64,000 nucleotides of DNA from an uncultured Aliarcobacter sp. (GTDB lineage Bacteria > Campylobacterota > Campylobacteria > Campylobacterales > Arcobacteraceae): NCBI GenBank assembly GCA_963664305.2, contig CAXXLV010000002.1, positions 1,120,001 through 1,184,000 on the forward strand. The letters run 5' to 3'. A program made the position numbers and the translations under genes. The notes beneath the pieces were generated by a model that worked only from the letters and a program-made list of their open reading frames with translations, had not been told where the DNA came from and searched no databases. Within the stretch, counting starts at the first letter, position 1. Each line of letters begins with the position of its first letter. Shown here one piece after another: positions 28,982 through 39,496 of the stretch.

Positions 28982-30748
28982 CTAGCCTTGCATTCCAGAA
29001 GTAAATGGTTTTTTATTGTTTGTTGCAAATTTATTTTTTGCAACTACAATCTCTTTTTGTTTTTCTTTTCTTCTAGGGTCTTTTTCTACAAATATTTTTT
29101 TCTTAGTAAATGGATCCATTTCAGTGTAATACATAACAGCTGAGTAAGTTCCTGGTGTTGGAGTAAATACCTGAGCTTGTTCTGGATTCATCTTTAATTC
29201 ATGTGTTGTAAACTGCTTTAACTCATGCATATGTTTTTCTTCACAACCTGGATGTGCCGCAATTAAATAATATGTTAAAAACTGTTTTTTACCTGACTCT
29301 TTATTTAAATCATCATACATCTTTTTAAAGTCAATTAGAGTTTGTTTTCCAGGTTTTCCCATATGATGTAAAACCTCATCATTTGTATGTTCAGGTGCTA
29401 CTTTCATTTGCCCTGAAATATGATGGTCAATCATCTCTTTTAAATACTCTTTTCCATGTTTTTTATCAGCCGTGATTAAATCATATCTAACCCCTGAAGC
29501 CACAAATGCTTTTTTAATTCCAGGAACTGCTCTAATATCTTTTAAAAGTTGTATATTTCTACTATGGTCAACTTTCATCGTTCGGCAAAGTCTATGAGCA
29601 TCTACACATCTTTTATTATCAACACAAGTTCCTAGATTTATCTTCTTTTTACACTCATATCCATACATATTAGCAGTTGGTCCACCAACATCTGAAATAA
29701 TTCCTTTAAAATCTTTCATTGTTGTAAAGTGTTTTGCTTCAGCTAAAATATTTTTTTCACTTCTAGTTCGTATTGTTCTTCCTTGGTGAGCTGCAATTGC
29801 ACAGAAGTTACACTCTCCCCAACATCCATGGTGAGTCATAATAGAAAATTTAATAGTTTCAAGACATTTTACTTTTCCATCTTTTGCATGATATGGATGT
29901 AAATCTCTTTGATATGGAAAAGATGCAATATGGTCCATCTCTTCTTCTTCCATATGCCTGCTTGGTGGATTTTGGATTAAATATCTTCCATCAACCTCTT
30001 GACATAAACCTTTTGAATAAACTGGGTCATTATTGTCATAAAAAGTTTTAAAAAGGTCAATATATTTTTCTTTAAAATCTAAACACTCTTGATGTGATGG
30101 AATTTGTAGATAATCACTCACTGGTTCTTTTGAGATATAACAAAGCCCTTTTATAGTTCTTGGGTCTTTTCCTTCTTTTAGATAATTACCTAAATCCATT
30201 ATTGCTTGTTCAGCCATACCATAAACCATATAATCAGCTTTTGTATCAAATAATATTGGTTTTCTAAGTTTATTTGTCCAGTAGTCATAGTGTGTAAGTC
30301 TTCTAAGACTTGCTTCAATTCCACCAAGAACAATAGGAACAGTATTTTTGAAGTATCTTCTAATTAGGTTTGTATATACTAAAGTAGCACGGTCTGGTCT
30401 TTTATTGTTTTTTCCACCAGGAGTATAGTCATCATCATTTCTAAATTTTTTAGTTGCAGTATAGTTTGAAACCATTGAATCAATGCTTCCACCACTTACT
30501 CCCCAAAACAGTTTTGGTTCCCCTAATCTTTTAATATCAATATCACTATTTACATCAGGTTGTCCAATAATTCCAACACGAAGTCCTATATCTTCAAGCA
30601 ATCTTCCAACAACTGCAATTCCCATAAATGGAGAATCTATATAGGCATCACCTGTGATTAGGATGACATCAAGTTCATCCCAACCACGTTCATTCATCTC
30701 TTTTTTTGTAGTAGGTAAAAATTTATTTAATTTTTCTGAATTATTCAT
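28982..30748 (-). CDS. ygiQ: YgiQ (UPF0313) family radical SAM protein
   Basis: FLPTT, TGDAYIDSP, GGIEASLRR, CWGECNFC, GGPTANMY, APEH. Confidence 0.92.
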   Translation of the reverse strand: MNNSEKLNKFLPTTKKEMNERGWDELDVILITGDAYIDSPFMGIAVVGRLLEDIGLRVGIIGQPDVNSDIDIKRLGEPKLFWGVSGGSIDSMVSNYTATKKFRNDDDYTPGGKNNKRPDRATLVYTNLIRRYFKNTVPIVLGGIEASLRRLTHYDYWTNKLRKPILFDTKADYMVYGMAEQAIMDLGNYLKEGKDPRTIKGLCYISKEPVSDYLQIPSHQECLDFKEKYIDLFKTFYDNNDPVYSKGLCQEVDGRYLIQNPPSRHMEEEEMDHIASFPYQRDLHPYHAKDGKVKCLETIKFSIMTHHGCWGECNFCAIAAHQGRTIRTRSEKNILAEAKHFTTMKDFKGIISDVGGPTANMYGYECKKKINLGTCVDNKRCVDAHRLCRTMKVDHSRNIQLLKDIRAVPGIKKAFVASGVRYDLITADKKHGKEYLKEMIDHHISGQMKVAPEHTNDEVLHHMGKPGKQTLIDFKKMYDDLNKESGKKQFLTYYLIAAHPGCEEKHMHELKQFTTHELKMNPEQAQVFTPTPGTYSAVMYYTEMDPFTKKKIFVEKDPRRKEKQKEIVVAKNKFATNNKKPFTSGMQG

Positions 30749-30821
30749 TTTTCTTCTTTATAAAATATATTAGTTTTTTCGTATTGTGCCTGAATATATT
30801 TTAACCCCTACTATAAGAAAA

Positions 30822-33407
30822 TTAGATTCTTTTTGTCAAATTATTATCCAATTTTTTAATATCCAATAACATCGCTATTTTTGAATCTTCTAACTCTTTA
30901 ATCTCAACTAAACTTTCTATTAAAGTTCCAGCTCCTAAAAAATGATTTTGAATATGTTGAATTGTTTTTTCTTCAACAACACAAACTGTTTCAAGTGAAG
31001 AAACCATAATTCCAACACAATGTTGAATATTATCTTTATCATATTCAACTAAAATTATATTTGTTAGTTTTTCATTTGTAATTTCTTCATTGATGAAATC
31101 TCTAATATCTAAAACAGAAATCAATTTATCTTTATGTAAAACCATACCTTTAAAATGGTTCTTTTTATCCATATCAATTGATTCTTGTAATTCTTCAATT
31201 CCTATTGATTCAATTACATTTCTAGCATCAACTGCAAGCAATTTTTTACCTAAATAGAAAGTTGCTAACTCTACACTTGAAGATGTAAATTTTGTTTTTG
31301 ATGAAGTTAAGAATTTTGATTTTGTATTTTCAAGGAATGTATAACAATTTATATTTCCTATACAAATAAATACAAAAGACAATACATCATTTTTATAATC
31401 ATCTACCCTGCTTTTATACTCTCTATAACCAGTCGAGCATTTCACTCCAACAGCATAATAACTTCCTTCAAATTCAATAATTTTACTTACATTTTGCGAA
31501 TTTTTTAAATTAAAAAATGAGTCATCAATATTTAAATAAGAATCAACTTCAAATTTATCATTTGTTGAAGCAATAATTTGTTTATTTTTATCTGTAAATA
31601 AAGTAAATATTCCTGGTAATTTTTCACCATCTGCATTTTTTGGTAATGTTTCTTCAAGCATTGCATAAAATTGTGGAGTTGAATCAAAAACAACAGCAAT
31701 TCCACCAGTGATTACTTTTTCATCTTTTAAAGACCTAATTGCACTACTATAAATATATGTTGATTCATTATTATATAAATTTGTTTTTTCAAATTTTGAT
31801 ACCGTATATTTAGAAGTATCTCTTAACATCAAAGTTTTTTCAACCCAATCTTGAGTTAAAATTTTTCCTACTAAATGGTCTTCTTTTTCATTTGAAACGG
31901 CAATTATTTTTCCATCTTTATCAAAAATTATAAGATTTGTATAAACTGTATATAAATCATTTATATATTTTAAAATAGATGTAATCTCATTTTTTTTGCT
32001 ATTCAAACTAAAATTATCATCTAAAGCTTCTCTAAAATATGAATTTAAAGCCCACCATCTACAATCATTTGCTCTTTCATATAGATTTCTATCCATAATA
32101 TCAATAGTAAGTGAAGATAAAAATTCACTATCTTTTAAAATTGATGAAATAATTGTTTGATTTAGATTTTCTAAAGATGAATTTGCTTTATTTCCAGTAA
32201 TTCCAATCTCATTTAAAAGTGATTTAGAGAACTCTCTATTTACAGAATTTAATTTACTTTGAGCAATATTTCCATTCCAAATAACTCTTATTAGATTATC
32301 TTGAATTGTTTTACTTTTATTAAATACCTCTTTTAACTCTTTTGAAAAATGTTGTTCATTTTCCATCATTGCATTTATGATTTTATTATCAACATTAATA
32401 GAATTTAATTCATCACTTAAAAAAGCATACTCAAGTGGAATCATAATATGGCCATACCATTTTAGACCATAAAAACCTTGATAACCATTTGTTTCACATG
32501 TTTTTGCTATATAATCACGTCCTGCGTAAGAGATGATTTTATAATTTTCATTTAAAATGATTGGAAGTTTTGCACCTAATCCTATATGCTCTTTATCACT
32601 ACTTGCAATTACATATCCATCTTCATCTAAAATTGTAAGACACTCTTTATTATTTACATCAACAAGATTATTAAAAATTCCATTCATTTCATCTGTAAAT
32701 CTAAAACAAAGTGCTAAAACACCTAAACTTTCACTACTTGAATCATTTGTTTTGTTCACTTTATATGAATAAACTAATGATTTTTTATATTGAGGTACAA
32801 AGTCATGAAATTTATATGTTTCAACATAATCATCATTTGAATTTAAGATTTTTTGAACAAATGATAAATCAACCTTTTCAACTTTAATATCATCATTAAG
32901 TCTAACAAGAACTTTTCCATGAGTATCAAGTAATACAATATCAAAATAAACAGAGTATTTTGAAACATATTCTTTAAATCTTTTTTGTAAATTTTGTCTT
33001 AAAATTAAACTCTCTTCATTGTATTTTGATACATATTTTCTAATAAAAGTTCTAATATCATCATCTGTAGCTAAAAATCCAATATCTGCAGTTCTTTCAA
33101 AAAGATTTCTTATTAATACATCAATAGCAACTTGAGCTTTAAACTTCATCTCTTGAGTTACTTTTTTTATTTGTTGTTCACTTAAATGATTTAATAATGT
33201 AGAAGTTAAATTTAAAAAGTTTTCTTTTGTTTTACCAATATCTATATTTATATCACCAAGTTGTCCTAAAAGAGCTAACATATCCCATGAAGAGCTAAGT
33301 CTTCCCAGTTCATCTTTGTACTTATCTACATCCTCAATGTGCTTTATAATCGGATATAGCTCTTTTTTTACATTAATTCCCTTATAATTTATAATATTAT
33401 CTGACAT
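30822..33407 (-). CDS. Soluble tandem Cache-like sensor fused to a C-terminal CheW domain
   Basis: Two internal repeats 'IDVLIRNLFERTAD' and 'IDIMDRNLYERAND', each followed by a Cache-like region; CheW-like 'ATFYLGKKLLAVDARNVIE...GMVLHKDKLISVLDI'; no TM. Confidence 0.75.
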   Translation of the reverse strand: MSDNIINYKGINVKKELYPIIKHIEDVDKYKDELGRLSSSWDMLALLGQLGDINIDIGKTKENFLNLTSTLLNHLSEQQIKKVTQEMKFKAQVAIDVLIRNLFERTADIGFLATDDDIRTFIRKYVSKYNEESLILRQNLQKRFKEYVSKYSVYFDIVLLDTHGKVLVRLNDDIKVEKVDLSFVQKILNSNDDYVETYKFHDFVPQYKKSLVYSYKVNKTNDSSSESLGVLALCFRFTDEMNGIFNNLVDVNNKECLTILDEDGYVIASSDKEHIGLGAKLPIILNENYKIISYAGRDYIAKTCETNGYQGFYGLKWYGHIMIPLEYAFLSDELNSINVDNKIINAMMENEQHFSKELKEVFNKSKTIQDNLIRVIWNGNIAQSKLNSVNREFSKSLLNEIGITGNKANSSLENLNQTIISSILKDSEFLSSLTIDIMDRNLYERANDCRWWALNSYFREALDDNFSLNSKKNEITSILKYINDLYTVYTNLIIFDKDGKIIAVSNEKEDHLVGKILTQDWVEKTLMLRDTSKYTVSKFEKTNLYNNESTYIYSSAIRSLKDEKVITGGIAVVFDSTPQFYAMLEETLPKNADGEKLPGIFTLFTDKNKQIIASTNDKFEVDSYLNIDDSFFNLKNSQNVSKIIEFEGSYYAVGVKCSTGYREYKSRVDDYKNDVLSFVFICIGNINCYTFLENTKSKFLTSSKTKFTSSSVELATFYLGKKLLAVDARNVIESIGIEELQESIDMDKKNHFKGMVLHKDKLISVLDIRDFINEEITNEKLTNIILVEYDKDNIQHCVGIMVSSLETVCVVEEKTIQHIQNHFLGAGTLIESLVEIKELEDSKIAMLLDIKKLDNNLTKRI

Positions 33408-33514
33408 CTCTATTCCTAATTAGTTTTCCATGTAGAAATTATATATAGAAATGGAATTTTTTTGTTTATACAGTTGTATATAAATTATACTTTATTGAAA
33501 AATAATTTTTTTAA

Positions 33515-34294
33515 CTATTTTAAAAGATTGTCAGTAAGGTTTAGAAGATTTATTTGCCAATTATCCTCAAATATATTATCTTCTACAAATTTTATATTTA
33601 GGTTAGAACCTAAAGAAAGTGCAACATTATAATCGTTGTCATCTAAAAATAATATTTTTTTGATATCCATTCTTTGTGTGTAATCCATCAACTCAGGAAC
33701 TTCATTTATATTTAGAAATCTCTTCTCTCTTTTTATAGTTTTTATTCTAAATCTTCTAGTAAAATATTCCCAATAATCATCAAAAACATACACATTATTA
33801 ACTTCACTATTATTTAGTTTATTTTTTATTCTTAAAAAAGTGTTGTCAATTTCATCTAAAAAAATTTCATAATTCTTTTTGTAAAATTCAGCTTTATATT
33901 TATCTATAACTATCAAAGATTCATATACATTTTTTGCTATTTCTCTAATTGCAAGAATATCCATCCAAATATATGGATTATTATCAATTTTTTCAACATT
34001 AGCTGATAAATCTACAACTATTAACTCTGGATTTTCATTTTTTAAAAGTCTTGCATAATTATTTTCAATATCTAAACCAAAATGAAAATATATTTTTGCA
34101 TTTGATAATTTTGAAATTTCTGAATTAGGAAGTTTTTGTTCTTTTTGCGTAAATCTATGTGTTATTTCTCTGATTTTTACTTCATCTTGAGCTATTTTTC
34201 TAACAATACTAGATTCTAAAGGAAAGTAAGTAACTACTTGGTATTTTGAGAATAAAGATAGAGGAACAAGTAAAAAAATTAAAAATCTAATCAT
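33515..34294 (-). CDS. ZnuA/TroA-fold solute-binding protein, degenerate metal site
   Basis: Signal peptide, 'KLSNAKIYFHFGLDIE', 'NPYIWMD', 'FYKKNYEIF', 'WEYFTRRFRI'. Confidence 0.75.
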   Translation of the reverse strand: MIRFLIFLLVPLSLFSKYQVVTYFPLESSIVRKIAQDEVKIREITHRFTQKEQKLPNSEISKLSNAKIYFHFGLDIENNYARLLKNENPELIVVDLSANVEKIDNNPYIWMDILAIREIAKNVYESLIVIDKYKAEFYKKNYEIFLDEIDNTFLRIKNKLNNSEVNNVYVFDDYWEYFTRRFRIKTIKREKRFLNINEVPELMDYTQRMDIKKILFLDDNDYNVALSLGSNLNIKFVEDNIFEDNWQINLLNLTDNLLK

Positions 34295-34314
34295 TGTTCC
34301 TCATATTTTCAGTA

Positions 34315-36084
34315 TTAAATATCTGCTACAGTTTTTCTTAATCTGATATTTAACTCTTTTAATTGCTCTTCATCAACTGTTGATGGAGCTTGTGTTAATA
34401 AACATTGAGCTTTTTGAGTTTTAGGGAATGCAATTACATCTCTAATTGAATCAGTTCCAGCAAGTAACATAATCATTCTATCAAGACCCATTGCAAATCC
34501 ACCATGGCTTGGAGCACCATAAGCTAATGCATCAAGTAAGAATCCAAATTTATCTTTAGCTTCTTCTTCACTAATTCCCATTAATTTAAATACTTTAGAT
34601 TGAATCTCTTCTTTGTGAATTCTGATACTTCCACCACCAAGTTCTGTACCATTTAAAACAATATCATAAGCGATTGATTCAATATCTTCTAAATCTTCAA
34701 TATTATCTAAATCATATTTTTCAACGTTTGGCATTGTAAATGGATGGTGTAATGCTTTTGTTCTTCCATCTTCAACTTCAAACATAGGGAAATCTACAAC
34801 CCATAAGAATTCATAGGCATCTTTTGGAACGATATTCATTTCATTTGCTAGGAATAATCTAAATCTTCCCATATAATCCCAAACTACTTTTTTAGGTCCA
34901 GCTCCAAAGAATACAACGTCACCAACTTCAAGTTCAGTAACTTTTACAATTTCTTCTAAATCAGCATCACTAAAGAATTTAGTTAATGGACCTTTTAATC
35001 CATCTTCTTTCATTTGGAAGTAACCAAGACCTTTAGCTCCAAATTTTCTTACATAATCTTCAAAACTTTTCATTTGTCTTTTAGAGAAGATGTTATCTCC
35101 GTTTTTACATTTTAAAGCTTTAATTCTATTATTCTTTTTATCTTTTGCAATATCAGCAAAAATCTCATTTGTTGAGTTTGCAAAAATATCAATAACATCA
35201 ACAAGTGGCATATCAATTCTTAAATCAGGTTTATCAGAACCATATTTTTCCATTGCTTCAGAATATTTCATTCTTCTAAAAGTTGAAGGAACGTTTTTAC
35301 CACATTTTGTAAATACATCATAGATTAATTTTTCTGCAACTGCAATTACATCATCTTGAGTACAAAAAGACATTTCAACGTCTATTTGAGTAAATTCTGG
35401 TTGTCTGTCAGCTCTTAAATCTTCATCTCTAAAACATTTTGCAATTTGGAAATATCTGTCAAATCCAGCAACCATTAATAATTGTTTAAATAATTGTGGA
35501 GATTGAGGAAGTGCGTAAAACTCACCTGGATGAACTCTTGAAGGAACTAAATAATCTCTTGCACCTTCTGGAGTTGATTTTGTTAAAATAGGTGTTTCAA
35601 CATCTAAGAAACCTAATTCATCAAGCGTATTTCTTACTTGAATAGTTGCTTTACTTCTTAATTGGAAAATATCAAATGATTTTCTTGATCTTAACTCTAA
35701 AAATCTATTTCTTAATTTAATCTCGTCATTTACTTTTTCATCATTAATATCAAATGGCATTGGTCTAGATTTATTTTCAATTACTAGTTTTTCTAAAATA
35801 ATCTCTATTTTTCCAGTAACTAAATTTGGATTTTCTAATCCCTCACCTCTTGCTCTTACTTTTCCAGTTGCAATTAAAACATATTCATCTCTTACTGTTT
35901 CAGCAACACTTAAAGCATCTTTACAATCTTGAGGATCTGCTACAAGTTGAACTAATCCACTTTTATCTCTTAAATCAATAAATATAATTCCACCATGGTC
36001 TCTTCTACTGTTAACCCAACCAGCTACAGTTACAGTTTCACCAATCTTTTGTTCAGTTACATCTGTACAATAATGTGTTCTCAA
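34315..36084 (-). CDS. aspS: Aspartate-tRNA ligase (likely non-discriminating, RRDHGG)
   Basis: [39 protein letters not shown]. Confidence 0.98.
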   Translation of the reverse strand: MRTHYCTDVTEQKIGETVTVAGWVNSRRDHGGIIFIDLRDKSGLVQLVADPQDCKDALSVAETVRDEYVLIATGKVRARGEGLENPNLVTGKIEIILEKLVIENKSRPMPFDINDEKVNDEIKLRNRFLELRSRKSFDIFQLRSKATIQVRNTLDELGFLDVETPILTKSTPEGARDYLVPSRVHPGEFYALPQSPQLFKQLLMVAGFDRYFQIAKCFRDEDLRADRQPEFTQIDVEMSFCTQDDVIAVAEKLIYDVFTKCGKNVPSTFRRMKYSEAMEKYGSDKPDLRIDMPLVDVIDIFANSTNEIFADIAKDKKNNRIKALKCKNGDNIFSKRQMKSFEDYVRKFGAKGLGYFQMKEDGLKGPLTKFFSDADLEEIVKVTELEVGDVVFFGAGPKKVVWDYMGRFRLFLANEMNIVPKDAYEFLWVVDFPMFEVEDGRTKALHHPFTMPNVEKYDLDNIEDLEDIESIAYDIVLNGTELGGGSIRIHKEEIQSKVFKLMGISEEEAKDKFGFLLDALAYGAPSHGGFAMGLDRMIMLLAGTDSIRDVIAFPKTQKAQCLLTQAPSTVDEEQLKELNIRLRKTVADI

Positions 36085-36128
36085 TTCTAATCTCCATTCA
36101 CATAAATATTCGCGATTTTATCTAAACT

Positions 36129-37334
36129 TTACTTAATTTCTAAAAAGCCAACTTCTGTACTTTTAAATAATCTAGGAGTATATACTACCTCATTATTTGA
36201 TACTTGAGTTGGTATTAAAGATGTATTTCCATTGTTGAATAAATAATTAACTCCAACTAATGTAGAATAATCTACCCATTCATAAGTAATATTTCCACCA
36301 AAAGTTGTAATTTCATCTTTTAATTTTGTATCAACATTATCAATTGAATTTGCAATTACAAGTTTTTCTCTATCTTTATCTTGAGTTAAAACCATTAACA
36401 TTGGATCATAATTTAACTGTGTAGAAAAAATAATTCGTGGGAAAACATCATAGGCTCTTAATTGAGATAAAATTAAAGAAGTTTTCACTAAATCAGTGTT
36501 TAAAAACAGAGATGAATTTCTTAATCTATAATCATTTACAATACTTTTAAAATTTCTTTCATTTTTTCCGATTTCTTTTCTAACTACTGCATCACCAATT
36601 ATTGAATCATAACTTCTTTTTAGTTTTGAACCTAAATATGTGTCTTGATAAAACATTGCATTATTTCCTGCAGAATAATAACTTAATTTTTTAAGTTGCT
36701 CATCGTACGAAATAGAACCAAAAATTAAACCATCATTGTTTTCTAAAGAATCCTTTTTTTCAATTAATGGAAGATAAACTTTTAAATCACTTGAAACTAC
36801 TTTATTTAAAGTTGAAATTGCATTTGGAGTAAATAATGCAACTACATTTGTAATACCCTCTTGTTGAACTTTTGAAAAAGCAGAACTTATTTTATCGTAA
36901 CTCTCATTTTCACAATCAATTACAACTAGATTATAATCAGCATTTTGATATGACAAATATCCAGATATTGTATTTAATGAACTTCTAGCATATTTTGATA
37001 CTAAAGATGATGGATAAATAAAAGCTAATTGCATTTTAGCTTTTGTTTTATCAATTTGAATATCAATTTTGTTTTCTACAACTGATTCAGAAGAGTTCAT
37101 CTCTTCTGTATCATTCATACTACCATTTGGAATAGTTTCTTCTTTGATTTTATCTTCTTTAATCTCAACAGGAACAAATTCCTCAACAACAGTAACAGTA
37201 TCTTCTTCAACTGCTTTTTGTGGAACTTTTTTCTCTATTTTATTTTTACCTGGTAGTTTTAACTCTACAACTTGTTTTTGAGTACAACCAAAGAAAACAA
37301 AAACTACTACAAATAAAGCTAATATTTGTTTCAA
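36129..37334 (-). CDS. Lipoprotein with periplasmic-binding-protein-like fold
   Basis: Lipobox FFGC, acidic linker, alpha/beta domain. Confidence 0.7.
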   Translation of the reverse strand: MKQILALFVVVFVFFGCTQKQVVELKLPGKNKIEKKVPQKAVEEDTVTVVEEFVPVEIKEDKIKEETIPNGSMNDTEEMNSSESVVENKIDIQIDKTKAKMQLAFIYPSSLVSKYARSSLNTISGYLSYQNADYNLVVIDCENESYDKISSAFSKVQQEGITNVVALFTPNAISTLNKVVSSDLKVYLPLIEKKDSLENNDGLIFGSISYDEQLKKLSYYSAGNNAMFYQDTYLGSKLKRSYDSIIGDAVVRKEIGKNERNFKSIVNDYRLRNSSLFLNTDLVKTSLILSQLRAYDVFPRIIFSTQLNYDPMLMVLTQDKDREKLVIANSIDNVDTKLKDEITTFGGNITYEWVDYSTLVGVNYLFNNGNTSLIPTQVSNNEVVYTPRLFKSTEVGFLEIK

Positions 37335-37999
37335 TTTAATCCCTCCATGAAATTTTTTATTTTTAACATATCATAATATGCATCTTTTTTAAAAGAAGGA
37401 TTTCTTAATAAAAAAGTTGGTGAAAATGTTGCAATTAAAGGTATGTTATTAAAACTCAACTCTTTCCCTCTATTTTGAGAAAAATTGTCATCATTTTTTA
37501 ATAAAAATGAATAAGCTTTTTCACCTAAAACTACAATAAGTTTAGGTTTAATTAACTCAATTTGTTTTAATAAATAGTCATTACAAACTTCCATATTAGA
37601 ATTTGTTGCACCATTTAAACTTTTGCATTTTACCAAAGTTGTTATATAAATCTCTTCTTTTTTAATATTTAAAACATTTTCTATCATTTTAGATAACAAT
37701 TCACCGCTGTTTCCAACATAAAAAGAACCTAATTCATCTTCACTTTTACTAGGTTCATCATTTATAAATAGAACCTTTGAATTAGAATTTCCATATCCAA
37801 AAAGAACATTTTTACGGCATTTTGATAGCTCACATAAATAACAGTGTTCTACACTATTTTTTAGTTCTATCAAACTATTTGGTAATTTAATATTTTTAAC
37901 TTCTGGTTGAAAAAAGTCCAAAGATTCATGATATTCATATCCAAATGATTTCAAATTATATAAATATTTTAATACTCTATTTTTAACTGATTTTGTCAT
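37331..37999 (-). CDS. Family-4 uracil-DNA glycosylase-like protein (Fe-S cysteines retained, catalytic motifs degenerate)
   Basis: CYLCELSKCR, 'EDELGSFYVGNSGELL', LVKC, QIELIKPKLIVVLG, 'TFSPTFLLRNP'. Confidence 0.85.
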   Translation of the reverse strand: MTKSVKNRVLKYLYNLKSFGYEYHESLDFFQPEVKNIKLPNSLIELKNSVEHCYLCELSKCRKNVLFGYGNSNSKVLFINDEPSKSEDELGSFYVGNSGELLSKMIENVLNIKKEEIYITTLVKCKSLNGATNSNMEVCNDYLLKQIELIKPKLIVVLGEKAYSFLLKNDDNFSQNRGKELSFNNIPLIATFSPTFLLRNPSFKKDAYYDMLKIKNFMEGLN

Positions 38000-38126
38000 G
38001 AGGAATTGTACAAAAAACTTTCTTGAACAATTATTTGTTCCATTATTTTAATTTTTTATAATAATTTTATTGACTTTTGTTCCAATATTTTATAAAATAG
38101 CGAATGAAATATTAATAGGAATAAAA

Positions 38127-38339
38127 ATGAGCACTCCTAGTTTAAGAAAACTAGAATCTGATTTAGAAGTAAACAAAACAACATTACATAATTGGAAAAA
38201 AAATAGACCAAAACTTTTTGAGTTTATTATTGAGTCATACAAGAATAAAGATATATTAAAAAAACATTTAGATTTATTGATTGAACAAAAACAGATTATA
38301 GAAAAAGAGATTGATATAACTAAAAATATTATAAATTAG
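38127..38339 (+). CDS. Small HTH-like protein with C-terminal coiled coil
   Basis: AGGA SD before ATG 38127; 'LRKLESDLEVNKTTLHNWKKNRPKL'. Confidence 0.7.
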   Translation: MSTPSLRKLESDLEVNKTTLHNWKKNRPKLFEFIIESYKNKDILKKHLDLLIEQKQIIEKEIDITKNIIN

Positions 38340-38458
38340 TATGAAAAGTTATGGAGCTATAATAAAATAATATAACTTTTTTAAAGTGTGCGAAGTATTA
38401 TTTTTTTTGGCTTCATAGTTTTTTATATTTTGTGAGTTTTTGAATAATTTGCGAGATA

Positions 38459-38484
38459 TAAATAAGGAAAGAATTCCTTATTTA
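38459..38484 (-). terminator. Hairpin downstream of infA ending the ribosomal protein cluster
   Basis: taaataaggaa-agaa-ttccttattta. Confidence 0.6.
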
Positions 38485-38499
38485 ATTTTTTATAGATAA

Positions 38500-38718
38500 T
38501 TATTTATATCTATGTGTGATTCTTCCCTTATCCAATGAATAAGGTGTTATTTCTACTTTTACAGTATCATTAGGTAATATTTTAATGTAGTGCATTCTCA
38601 TTTTACCTGAGATATGACATAAAACTACATGTCCGTTATCTAATTCAACTCTAAACATAGCATTTGGTAAAGCTTCAATTACTTTTCCATCAATTACTAT
38701 TACATCATCTTTTGCCAC
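38500..38718 (-). CDS. infA: Translation initiation factor IF-1
   Basis: [35 protein letters not shown] start at 38718. Confidence 0.97.
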   Translation of the reverse strand: MAKDDVIVIDGKVIEALPNAMFRVELDNGHVVLCHISGKMRMHYIKILPNDTVKVEITPYSLDKGRITHRYK

Positions 38719-38729
38719 TTTTTTTCCCC

Positions 38730-39494
38730 TCAATTTTCCGAATTACTTAAAATAACTGCTCTCCCGTCGATAACAGCAACTGTATGTTCATAATGACTAC
38801 CATTTAATCCATCTGCAGATACAACATCCCAACCATTTTTTAAAATAACAGGATTTCTATCTTTTTGACAAATCATTGGCTCTATACAAAAAACCATTCC
38901 ATTTTTGATTTTTGGTCCAGATTTTGTATTTCCATTTTCTAAATAATTTGGAATTTCTGGTTCTTCGTGTGGTCGCTTCCCAATTCCATGACCACAAAAT
39001 CTAACAAGTGGCTGATATCCTCTAGCTACAATGAAATCTTCAATTAATTTAGATAATTCTTTAAATCTCATACCTTCTCTTATAATATCAATTGCATAAT
39101 ATAAAGAGTCTTTAGCACAAGCGATTAAATCTTCATCTTCTTTTGAAATATTTCCTATAGGCATTGTAATAGCTGAATCACCATACCATCCATCAATTTC
39201 CGTACCAATATCAAGTCCAAGGATGTCACCCTCTTTTAAAACAACATCACTTGGTATACCATGAATAATAACCTCGTTTAAAGAAGTACAAATTGCATTT
39301 GGAAAACCATATAATCCTTTGAATGAAGGTCTAGCTCCTAAATCTCTTAGGAACTTTTCCCCCATCGCATCTACTTCTTTTAAAGTCATACCAGCTTTTA
39401 CATTATCTCTTAAATAATTTAAGGTTTTTGCAACAGCCTCATTTGCAATACGAAGTTTTTCAATTTCATTTGGTTTTCTTAGTGAAATTGCCAT
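38730..39494 (-). CDS. map: Methionine aminopeptidase type I
   Basis: [32 protein letters not shown]. Confidence 0.97.
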   Translation of the reverse strand: MAISLRKPNEIEKLRIANEAVAKTLNYLRDNVKAGMTLKEVDAMGEKFLRDLGARPSFKGLYGFPNAICTSLNEVIIHGIPSDVVLKEGDILGLDIGTEIDGWYGDSAITMPIGNISKEDEDLIACAKDSLYYAIDIIREGMRFKELSKLIEDFIVARGYQPLVRFCGHGIGKRPHEEPEIPNYLENGNTKSGPKIKNGMVFCIEPMICQKDRNPVILKNGWDVVSADGLNGSHYEHTVAVIDGRAVILSNSEN

Positions 39495-39496
39495 TT

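Noticed and set aside
33425..33490. Short palindromes upstream of the Cache-CheW gene (e.g. TATACA-gt-TGTATA)
   Set aside because: Too short and AT-rich to distinguish from chance without comparative data.
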